Assembly: GCA_965113315.1 (NCBI GenBank) | Contig: OZ220368.1 | Strand: one strand, 5' to 3' | Source: Podarcis vaucheri | Taxonomy: Eukaryota | Length of the DNA: 64,000 nt | Part shown: in pieces, positions 23,405-34,561 of the stretch | Layout: each line of letters starts with the position of its first letter | Position numbering within the stretch: the first letter of the stretch is position 1 | Made by a program: the position numbers and the translations under genes | Notes under the pieces: generated by a model | Told to the model about the DNA's origin: nothing | Seen by the model: the letters and a program-made list of their open reading frames with translations, nothing else | The model's database searches: none

Positions 23405-26400
23405 TATATTCTGTTGTTCAGTGTCACTCAGACTGCTGGCAGTTAGAGCTTCCCGGTGTCGCTCGTCAAGTTTTTGTTTCGTCATTTCCGATCTCACTTC
23501 AAAGACGTGAATTCCTAGGGTTTGCTTTTCCTTTAATTCTAAAATTAGAAGTGAGCAAAGGGCTATTCACAAGTCCACAGGTATACTCAAAGCATGGAGG
23601 GCGGAGGTGGTCATGCTAAACAGAATTATGGCAAGGGATGCCTATACATGTGCAGCTGAATTCCTGCTGATATAGAAAGTCTGCATGCACACAGCCCCCT
23701 TCCCTATGTTCTGAGCAGCATGTGAGTTGGTGCCAGGATCCACTCAAATAATGGGGGCAGCAGGCACAGTCTTCCTTTTCCTTCCACACATTGGGGTTAT
23801 GTGCGAAAGGGTCTCTTATGGATGTCCCTTGTCTCTGTTCACGTACCAGTGACTGAAGTAACCAACCTTTAAATTTAAAAGGCTTGGGGTCTTCTTGCAG
23901 AGACTTTGGCAGAGGCTCTAGACCTTTCTTTCCTTTGGGATGTGCGGATGCCCTGTTCAATATAAACTGCATTTGCAAAAGCATTTGTTTTTCTGCAACA
24001 ACTTGGCCTCGGGCCTCTATTTGCAATGTAAGGTTTGTATACTTTCCATCTGGTGTTAATCCACTTAATATTCTTACTTGAAAAAAATTACTGTGTTGGA
24101 GCAAAATGGCTTCATGGCATAAAATAACCCTCTCTTTGCTGCAGTTTTCTTGCAGGAGAGGATTCCCTTGGCATGGAGAGGTTGTATATAGTGTGCTGGT
24201 TTTACAGTGATTTCATCCGTCATTTCATTACCCAAAGCCAGAGAAGAATGAGTGGCCACTGCAACGTCAGTTTGCTTACATAAGTCTTGTTGCATTAGAG
24301 AGAATTTGGTAGCTAGTTAAACAGTATAGCTAAAATGTGTATTCTGCTGCACAAAAGCTCATTGCAATTTGCATCCAGTTCATTATTTTAAACACTGTAG
24401 TAAAGCTGACAGTATTATTCAGTGCAGTGAGTTAATACCTATTGTTCTTTTTAAGGATTGGCAATTTGCACCAATGTTCTCCTTTTGGTACAGATTGGTA
24501 CAGACTAATGGTTTCCCAAGCCACTGACTAGGATCCACTAGTGGCCTCAGTGCCACAGCCTGTCCAAGGCCTCCTCACATGCCTGCCCTACTCCCTAGCC
24601 ATGCCACTGCATTTTGGTTGGACCAGTGACAGCACCCATGCTGAGTACAAGTGATTGAGAAGCAGAAGTACAGTGAGGGAGGAGGGAATGAATGTCTCCC
24701 CCCTCTGAGGAGAAAGAGCCAGAGGGAGGTGTTGAAGGAAATGAGAAACTAAGATAAAATGCTGCTGTTAATGAATATTAATAATAAATAAAATGGGAAT
24801 AGAAAGGAAAGGGATAAGAGAGGAGAGCTGTTATAGGAGGGATGAATGAAAGAGGACCAGGAAGAAGCTGGCATGCTGAGGTTAGGGGTGGGGTTAAGGT
24901 CCAGTTGAGTGTGAAAGCAGAATGGGAGAAGAAATTACAGGACATGACTAAAAATAGAGGCATGTGGAGGTGAGATGGGGAAAAATATAAAAGAGTAAGT
25001 CTTCTTCATGTAGAGCCTCTGGATCAGCAAATTCTACCTAAAACGAGGAGGCTGTCACAATACCTCCAGAGCAAATGTCTGTGCTTAGCTTGAGGAAACC
25101 TGAGCTATGAAACTCCTCAGCGCAATGGAAATGCTGTGACAAATAATTTAGCAATTTCCAAAGATGGATTATATATTTGTAGAAAATGATGTCAGTAATT
25201 GCCACCTGATTATGTCAAACCGCCTCTATCTGCCACCATTTTGAGATGGGCTCTGCCCCTGCCCCACCATTTTGTAACTGGTGGACCTCAGTAATTTTCA
25301 GCTATCTGAAGCAGGCCCTGGGGGTGGAAAGTTTGAGAGCCCCTGGTGTAGCTTTTTTCTTGGTGGCTGTAGTTGATATGTTTTCAATTTAGCACTCAAG
25401 TCTGCATTAAATGCATTAAATGCATTCTCTAATGCAGACCATGTATCAAGATACTGTCTGTTTATGTCTAGGCACATGCCCAAAATGAATGAGTGGTTTC
25501 TCCATAGTCTTATAGTGGTGTACAAACATGAAGGTACAGAGTCTTGATTATCAAGGTCATTTTGCTTTGCAGCCGGAGGGTTGCAATCCCATTATAATAA
25601 ACTGCTACCAAATCCAAGGTACTCAGGGTTAAACTAATGTAGTAGCCTTCCTGGTGGCCAAAATGTTTTGGTGCTGCCTGAGTGACCTGTCCCTAGTTAA
25701 ACACAGAGGGTAGGATTCTTTTAGCAGAAGCCCTATGGAAGGGCTTTTTCTTGGGCAACAGGGCTTTCCACACAGCATCTCCAAAATTGGCTTGGGGTGG
25801 GTGGGAGAACCCCCAGAACAGTGCATGAGGAGAGAGGAGAATTTCATTTGGCAAACTAATTCCAACTGGCAAATTCTAGCTTAATTCTCTTTTGCCATGC
25901 TATGCAAATGCAAAACACGTTAGACTTAAGTGGAAAACTATGAAACTACGTTGGCTGTCTTCATCAGTATCACAACATAAACAATTTCTTCAGACTCTCA
26001 AACTTGAAATGGAGTTGTGTTTTGATTTTGATTTTATATTCCAATAGTTAGGTGTTGGAAATTATACTTACTACGAAAACGCTGTTTAGGGCCTTTGCGT
26101 ATATTCTGGCTCTGGTTTTCGAACATCCAAGCTAAAAACTTTCAGGGCCCTTGTACACTGCTGCTCCCAAATAATTATGAGAGAGTTTAGTAACTTGACT
26201 TCTTCATCCCCCCACAATGGCAATTCTGTTCCCCAGTAGCTTCACAAAAGTTGCCTTTGGTGTAATAACTACAGTATCAGATCAGATCTGTGGAGGCAAA
26301 GCATCTTTAATAATCCAAGACGAAGCAAATGCTACATGCAGGCATATAGAAAGCTGGTGTAATATGTTTGTTTCCAATTGGTCTGACTCCCTTCAGTCAT

Positions 26401-28561
26401 GCTTACCTTTCAGTATCTGAAAATCTCAGCTCACGTCTGATAAATTAATCCCCACATACTGTATCCGTTTTATGCTGAAAAACCACACCACATGGCTCAG
26501 GGTAATCAAACAAATTTTTGAAGTTGCAATTTGAATATTGCAAAGCTGCCGTCTTATTTCTCTCTCCCTTGCCAGCTTCTGTTCTGAAACCTGATCACTG
26601 CTTCTGCTGGGAGGGGTGTGAGCATGAGGGGAGGGGAGGGAACAGCCAGTGAGAGAGCGAGAGACGTTGCAAGTGTGGAGCTTGCTGCCTTTAGACAAAG
26701 CAGTCTGCTGCAGCTCTCTGAAAGGGACACATGCTTGCCTGGGAAAATACCAGAGTCCTTTTGCCTGCTTATGGAGTAGAAAGGAATCAGCCCTGGATAA
26801 GGAAAGAATCTCTGGCCAGCAAGAGCCTGCTGCTTGGAATTTGGGGATATAGATGCTGTCCCTTTGCCCAGGCTTTGTCAGAGAAGGGAGGAGGAAATCT
26901 TTTGTGAGTGCTGCATCCCTTGTGCTGCAGTATGCATTAAGAAGGCTGGCCAGCTCCCGAGCACTCATTAACACTGACTTGCTTAACAGAGGATCTTTTC
27001 TGAAGGCCAGCGTAACAGGATCTCTAACCCCTCGATTGTTCAGATAATAGCCAGCACTGCATTGTGTAGGCAGTCTGGAAAGAAAGGGGTGGAGGCTAGT
27101 TTAGGATGTTCAGAACTTCTGATAACCACAGGGTTCAAAGACTGCAACCCCGGTGTCTTCATCAATATTTTGCAAATGCCCTTCAGTGACGGACATGCTA
27201 GGAAGACTGAGAAAATTCTGCGTGACTTGCATAGCAATTCCTCTGAGGACTGCAAAGACGTGGGCTCTGAACTTTCCTTGCTTCATCAAATATCACCAGT
27301 TCTGCACAGGGAAAGTAACAAGTTCCTAGACTCTCCTCTGATGTGTGGAGGGAAGAAGAGGCGTTCCATATAGCTTCTACGGGGCTCTTGGAAGAATTTA
27401 TTTCTGACTAACCGGCTGAAAGGAGGTGCCAGGACATATCTAACCCTATCTGCTGCAGAGAAAAGGGGAGGGGGCGTGTTCATCTTGCTTGGCTTTCCTC
27501 ACCCCCTTAAACCAACGAGCTAAGATGCTTTGTTCTGAAAGCTGTTCGTTATCTCAGTAAGGAATTTGAAGGTAGTGCTTGCCTTTAGTGGAAGAAAATG
27601 AAGGACGGGCAAATACAAGTCAACAAAGAACTGGCAGGAGCAGGCATGTTGGGTGGAAAATGAGCTGACCATTTATCTTTTTGCTCAGACTGGATGCTCC
27701 GGTATACTTATTTGTTCCAGTCTAGATGTTGACGCTGGTTCCCAGCCCAGATCAGTCAATACCGGCTGTCAGGATGTCATGCATCTGGATAGGTGATAAA
27801 ATGACAGTGGCAGGACTTCCAAGCTCAGGCTTGTTGTCCCTCAGGCTTCCACTCCTTATAATAAAATAACAAAGAAAAGCCCCTACCATGGTTTGCCTGT
27901 TCCGGGACTGTTGGGGGGAAAAAAGTATAAATCTTTATTCTTCTACTGCAGTTTGTGTTTTTTGTTTTTGTTTTTATTTGTCTTGCATGTCTTCCTTTGG
28001 ACAGCTGTTCACTAATCTGGCTGCTGCTGCTTTTCTGAACACCCATCGTGTCTGTTTGTCTCTCTCAGCTGCATGAAGATGTATTTTCTCTCTAACTGCT
28101 TTGCACCTCCAGTGCTAACAGTCTTCCTTACTGGCCTGTTGTACAAGGTAATGCATCTGAAGTTGCATGGATGCAAGCATCTGCTGGGCTGTGTTTATTT
28201 GTGAGCTGGCCCTCTCTTGTCTCTCGTGCCTGTAGCCTTGGCTTGGAATGATGCCTTGGAAAGTTTTCAGCCCCCTCAGATGAAACAAGGAGCTGACCCA
28301 GGAGGCTTGTGAGGTTTGGGATGCTTTTGCCTGGCAAGGAGCACACTTGAGCCAGAAAATCAGTGCATGTGATGCCTTGGCCCCAGGAATGGTTCTAAAC
28401 AGCTTGGATTCAGAGTTTGTTTGAGTATAACCAGGAGACCGATTAACACTCTAGTTTGAACAGGACAGAAGCTTATTGTTCATGGTTTGTGTACAGAAGA
28501 GGAACTGTCTGTCAGCTAATTGTTGTACTCTCCTTGGTTTGGCTTCTTTATGGTAATGACT

Positions 28562-28658
28562 ATGATGTGGCAATGCCACCTGTCTTCCTCAGAGTGCCGC
28601 TGCTACCGCCTTAATGGGTTTTCCTTTTTCAAGCGTCTGCCGATTCCTCTCTCGTCAG
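28562..28658 (+). CDS. ANKS1A: Putative alternative N-terminal coding extension of a short ANKS1A isoform ([32 protein letters not shown])
   Basis: Open and in frame with the SAM1 exon, with an upstream in-frame stop at 28517-28519 and ATGs at 28550, 28556, 28562 and 28565. The peptide resembles the ANKS1B/AIDA-1 short-isoform N-terminus ([33 protein letters not shown], recalled). Confidence 0.75.
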
Positions 28659-28765
28659 GTTCACGGATGCTGGAGCAGAGTGTTGGGGAGTGGCTGGAGT
28701 CCATCGGCTTACAGCAGTATGAGAGCAAACTGCTTCTCAATGGCTTTGATGATGTTCGCTTCCTG
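28659..28765 (+). CDS. ANKS1A: ANKS1A coding exon, first half of SAM1 ([35 protein letters not shown])
   Basis: ctcgtcag| acceptor and CTG|gtaagt donor; 107 nt, phase 1 to phase 0; SAM signature W-L-x-S-I-G-L-x-x-Y. Confidence 0.96.
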
Positions 28766-30756
28766 GTAAGTAGCTTTGTTGGAAAAAGTTACAAGGTTTT
28801 ATTGGGACTTGCAGAGCTTACCTTTTGGAAAGCAAATTGAAACTTGTTTTGTACAATACAGATATATATTTGCATTATTTGGTTCTCAGATAAAACAGTT
28901 TATGCAGCACTGTCAGATCAAATTAAACACATCAAAGGCAAGGCTGAATTCTTTTGATTCTCTGGATGAGTACGGACATAGCACACAAAAAATCATTTTG
29001 GGGGGGGTTCTCCTATGTATTCATGAAAATCCCAAACTCATAGAAAGAACATCAAGAAAGCTTTTCTAGATGAATGGTTAAACTCAAGCTGTGTTGACAC
29101 CTGGGTAGTAGATTAGTCTTACTTTGAGAGTTGAGCTACCAGCTTCAGATAGAAATGAACGACAGAAAAATGTTTGAATTCTTTCTGCAGTTGTTAACTC
29201 CTTGAACATTTTCAGCAACCTGCAGGCTAGAGATTATGTTGCTGGAATGATTGCATAGGCATGTATATTTGGGGGCTTGTTTAAATGCTGCTGCTTCAGC
29301 TGGTAAAGATGCATTCTCTACTAAGTATTGCAGAAGCAAACTCCTGTGCTTTCCTCTCTAAACCATTTCACATATGTAGGATGGATCTCAACTATTTTGA
29401 TTTTCTTTAAGAACCCGTTCCCAATACTTCCTCATATCTATGGACAGGACAGTTCAATACAGAATAAGCTTTGGCCATTCTGGTTAAATTACATAATAGG
29501 TGTAGTATCCTTGCCTTGGTATTCATATCACTTAGCTGCTTAAAGCACAACATTGTTTATGCAATCATTGTTGCTGAACATTAGTTGGCCCTGTCAGCAC
29601 TTAGCTAAATTAGGCTCAATCATTCATCAGCACTAGGAAGGAATAGATCCTTACCGAGGGGATCCTTGCTAAGTTTGAATTATTAACATGCCAACTTCCT
29701 TTAAGAAGTCGTTTTATGAAAGAAGCAAAGGTTTAGTATCCTAAAATGATGGGTTATCACCCTTTGGTCCATTTTCACAGAAAATGTAAACCACACATTT
29801 GCAAATCCTTAATCACAGTAGACTTTTTTTTGTCAGTCTCCACCTTCCTAAAGGCAGATGCAAAGGATTTTGAATTGCTTAAAAAAGCTTGAGCATAGCA
29901 ATGTCTCTCTGTTCACTTTGCTGATTTTTCAGGAAAGGTTAGTATCTAATTTCAGAATTACCTGCAAGTCCAGAGTTTGAAAACTGGTCAGATATCCCTT
30001 CTTGAACATGTTAAAACACTAGCCATGCAAAACAAGTAAATTTTCTTTTGAAATGGAGACAACTCAAATCTTTTAGCTATCAAAGTGGACTAGGCTTTCA
30101 CAAAATCTTGTTAGGGTTAACCACTTCAGGTAGTGCTTTTCTTAAATAATCAGAGTAATGTTTATTTGTTCACTTAAAGGTGTAGCCTTCACTAAGAGAT
30201 TTAGGAAGATTAACAAAATATTAACTGTTTACAGTTAATGACTATTCTGTAAGTGGTGGATGACTGGAATTAATAACACCTATACAAACTGTTAGTATCA
30301 TTCATACTGTCAGGGGGAAAGTATGTAGGGGACAACTTATTTATAATTGCTCCTTCTAAGCCTCTTACATGCATTTAAAATTTAAAGTTCCTCTATTTCA
30401 GACTTAAGACCACACCTGTCTTTATTGGGACTCCATTATTGCTGCCACCTTGAATTTTTAGGAAAGTATACTTTATATTTTACAAAGCAGGAAAATGAAA
30501 TAAAAGGAACATGGATACATTTGCCAGGCATTTTTCTTATAAACAGTGACTGTCACAATGCCCATATCCAGTAGTTTCAAAAGAAAGAGAACCAATTTAA
30601 CAAAAGAAAGAGAACCAATTTACTATCTTAGTCCCATCCAGTGCAAATGATTAGATAACTTTCTCCAGCATATTTTAGATACCTCTTCTGAAATAATAAT
30701 GTGGTGATATATTCGTGTCTTAATGAATGTTGGCAGACATAAATACATGTTAAATA

Positions 30757-31010
30757 CACGCCAGTGTGGTGTAGTGGTTAAGAGCGGTAGTCACGTAATC
30801 TGGGAAACCGGGTTCGTGTCTCCGCTCCTCCACATGCAGCTGCTGGGTGACCTTGGGCCAGTCACACTTCTGTGAAGTCTCTCAGCCCCACTCACCTCAC
30901 AGAGTGTTTGTTGTGGGGGAGGAAGGGAAAGGAGAATGTTAGCCGCTTTGAGACTCCTGAAGGGGAGTGAAAGGCGGGATATCAAATCCAAACTCTTCTT
31001 CTTCTTCTTC
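30757..31010 (+). mobile_element. tRNA-derived SINE (Squam3/MIR-like) with (CTT)n tail
   Basis: A-box tggtgtagtgg, B-box-like ggttcgtgtctc, CORE-like gtgaccttgggccagtcac, L2-like end agccgctttgag...gcgggatat, (ctt)n tail. Confidence 0.82.
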
Positions 31011-33729
31011 TAATAAACAAAGCACTGCTAAGTGTATGGTTTATTAATTTTTGGCAGTTAACATGCTACTTTTAAACTCCTGGCTACAGAAGAAAGTAAT
31101 ATATTGTATTACCATATTAGTTCTGTTAAGAAGTGCTCCAAGCTTTGGGATATTCTGCATTTCCTTTTTAAGGATCTTTCTGAAGTGGGAAGTTTTGAAC
31201 CCAAATACTTGATGCAGCTTATCTGACCTAAAGGCAGATTCTTGCATAGTTGTTCATGAGGTTACATAGCTGAATAAGAATGGGGTGTCAGATGTAACTT
31301 TTGCGCACATTAGGAACCATGCACTTGTGTGACCATTTTTCTTGCTGCAGTGCTCTTTATTACAGAATAATCAATTTCAGAAAATAGAACAGTGACATGA
31401 GAATCTTCCCTAAGCCCTTTCCATACCCATAATTACTTTCAATACCCTGGACAGCTCCCATATAGTACATGGTATATAACCCCAAATAAAGGGCTGTGTG
31501 ACAGAAAATTGGATGTTGGTTACATTCTTTCGCTGGGATATTTTGAGTTACAAATATTCTCCTTTTGGTTTTGGTAGAAGAAGTGTAAGGATTACAACTG
31601 CTTCTTTGTGTAGCAAGAGTAGCATGTTTGCATGCTGCACTTCGTTTAAAGTGATCTCTTCCTCAAGGACTGTAAGATTAAAATGTTATGGTATGATCCC
31701 TGTGCAAGTTTCTACATTTCTTGGAAGCAATAGAAAATGTTTCTCTATAGAGTTTTAGTTGAGTTCCATGGATGGCTAGTTCAACCTATATATGTATATA
31801 AAGGGCATCATTCCAATTCTGATTTTCATTTATAATATTTTTTTACTTTAAAGAACACATCTTAGGGATTGAATCACTGCAGCTCTGTTCTCTACACCCC
31901 AGAGCAGTTTGATGTTCACAAGAAAGCCTAACATTGCTTCTGCACCTATTTTAAAGTGGTTGGTGGAATCCATTTTTTCTTTCATAGTGATGCCTTTAAG
32001 GGTACCTTTTTCAGTAACAGCTTAGTTCATAATTCTTCCATTATCTGTTACAATATATACATGCTTAACAGATTTAAGTTTTAGCCAAATAAGAAAGTAA
32101 AGGATCATAAATGCTACTCCCCTTATTTTCCTCATCAGTGTTAGTAGTTTTCACATCTGGCTTTTGGTTTTCATAACTGAATAAAGCTGCAACAAAAGGA
32201 GTTCACTTTTGAAAGTCAGTTTCTTCTTCCTAGTCCAGAATCTAAGCATATGCATGTTAACTACATAGTTCATAGTCCAAAACTACTTATTAGATTTCAC
32301 AAAGGGTTCAGACAGCATAAGCCAGTTGGGACAGAATTCTCTAGAAAAATCTGTTGCTTCATTTCATATTTTGCCAACACAGATTTTTCAGATTTTTGTT
32401 AAACTGAATAATGCGTTTGTGAGCTTATATGGTTCTTAAGGATTGGCACAGATCAAAAGGGTTGCATTAAATCTCACTGTCACAGAGGCTAGCAACGCAT
32501 GTTAGGTAATGGGTTGCACTTTGCCAGATAGACTATTAGGCTAATTGCTTTAGCAATAATAAAAATTAAGTTGGGATTTTTAAAAATAGAACGTAGGCTA
32601 AATTATGTGAGATTCTGGGTTGAACTATCCAAGATACTGCACAATTTTTCTTACTGCTTAGAACTATATCAATAGCTCAACAATGGGGCAAGATGTCTGA
32701 AGAGGATGTATAATCTTCTGGTTTTCAAAGAAAAGTTGGACAAGTGCTTGAAATATATGTCCTGCTTTATGGAAGGAGGTAAATTAGGTGAAGCACACAC
32801 ACACACACCTTCCTGATGCTGTCCAGTTGTGTTTTTCTTTTTTTATATATATATAAAAAGCATCAGAAATATCTTTCCTCAGACAGGATCAAATATCTCA
32901 GGCATTGAAAGTAATATTAGTGTGAAATGCATTTTGCCAGAGCTGGACAAATGCTGTTTTTGTTCTGTTTAAAGTTCCTACTTTATTGGCTTCCTTGTGA
33001 ATATACTCAAATTAAGAGTTATGCATCTGCTGTGGGGAAAACAGTTTCCAAAATAAGTGCTGATATGGTGGTTGAGAAAAGATGTCATGTTGTGAAAGCT
33101 ATAGCGACCACATGTAAATAATATTTCATTTTTAGTTAGGATGTTGGGCGGATGATAGACAAGTGGGGACTCACAATCATGCCTGGTGTGTGTAGGAAGT
33201 GGTGTGATTAGACTCTGGGGATGAGATGGAAAGGTGAAACAGTAGGCTTCCTCTGTCCTCCTGTTTGGAAGAAGTACCTTTGCAAACTTTTTCAAAAAGA
33301 GGACCTGGAAGTTGCCATTTCTGCCTCAGCCATCACAATATCCTTCCTTAGAAACCAAATAGCATGTAGGCACTAGCCCTGGCTGCTGACACCTGCGATC
33401 TACACTAGACTGAAGGAAACATGACAGTGCAACCTTCTGGTTTCTGTAGAAACATACTTTGAACACTTCTGTTTTAGATAAAGATATGGATAAGTACTGT
33501 CTGCTGCCCTTCCAATCTGCCACTTTTCATGTCCAGACAAGGACCAAGTTGGTGGTAAATAGAAGTTGGTGGTAAATAGAAAGATTACCAAATAAGTATC
33601 ATGACTGCATGCAACAAAATAATCACTATATATGGGAATTGCTATGACACCCAAAAATAATTAACAGCTTGCATTTCTCTCTCTGTGATCCACTTCAAAA
33701 GAGCAATTCACTTAAAATTCACCACAATC

Positions 33730-33927
33730 AGGTGTGTTCTGGTCACCTTCAGCCTTGACTACTGTAACATGCTCATGGGGCTGCCCTTGAAATGTGTCCA
33801 GAACCTTCAGCTGGTACAAAACACCACCTCCAGGTTATTTATTGGAACAGGTGGGTCAGAGCATATTACTCTAATACTGCTTGATCTGCCCTGGTTGTAT
33901 GTTCCCTTCCAGGCTTGATTCAAGGTG
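33730..33927 (+). mobile_element. L2 LINE ORF2 C-terminal fragment
   Basis: Translation LVTFSLDYCNMLMGLPLKCVQNLQLVQN...EHITLILLDLPWL resembles the L2 motif LDYCN..L.GLP....LQLVQN...HITP.L..LHWL. Confidence 0.75.
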
Positions 33928-34543
33928 TGCCTATTTCTGTTATGTGTCAGTTTAGCATGCATTCAGTCTTAAGTTTGTTTCATCCCTTTTCTGCTGTTTT
34001 TTTTTTAAATAAAAAAAAGACTTCATCAGAATTTTGCATTTAAATTCAATGAATTTCTGTATGCATTTTCCCTATGTAAGCTTTACCTTCATAATATATA
34101 CATTTTGTATACTTTTCTATGCATTTCACCCTAGATAATTCATTTTTGAACAAGTGGCATGCAGCTTGGAAGAGAATAGCTGCAGAGCATTAGAACTGGA
34201 GTCTGCCTACATTTTTCTGTGAAAAGTCACTACTCCCGAAATGGCATATTTTGTTTGGGTAGAGACAGTAATGGAATTCAGATTCTTTCATTCTCTAGCT
34301 TAGTGCTGTTAGCTGCTAAGCAATGCTACATGCAGTTGTTTGATAACAGGAGGTTACAAGATGGGGCTGCATTAATTCAGTAACATGTCACTATCTCTGA
34401 TCACTGATTTAATGGACAACCTGAGGCAGCCTCTTTACAAATTGTATACTGGTATACAGTTTAGTGATTATACTGATAATAGTTTTTAAAAAATAAAAAT
34501 AAAATATTATGAAATGTACAAAGAAGACAACTCAGGTTTTTTA

Positions 34544-34561
34544 ACACACACACACACACAC
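34544..34561. repeat. (CA)n microsatellite
   Basis: Directly visible. Confidence 0.85.

Noticed and set aside
23052-23510. 152-aa ORF and overlapping ORFs
   Set aside because: Lies mostly within a MITE built from short internal repeats; no DDE transposase motifs.
23616-24104. 162-aa minus-strand ORF
   Set aside because: Non-ATG start, no recognisable homology or splice context; expected by chance.
26426-26974. 182-aa minus-strand ORF
   Set aside because: No recognisable domain and composition typical of a chance ORF; the region is better explained as promoter or leader on the + strand.
30757-30835. tRNA-like A and B boxes
   Set aside because: Head of a SINE that continues into a CORE-like body and (CTT)n tail; not a tRNA gene.
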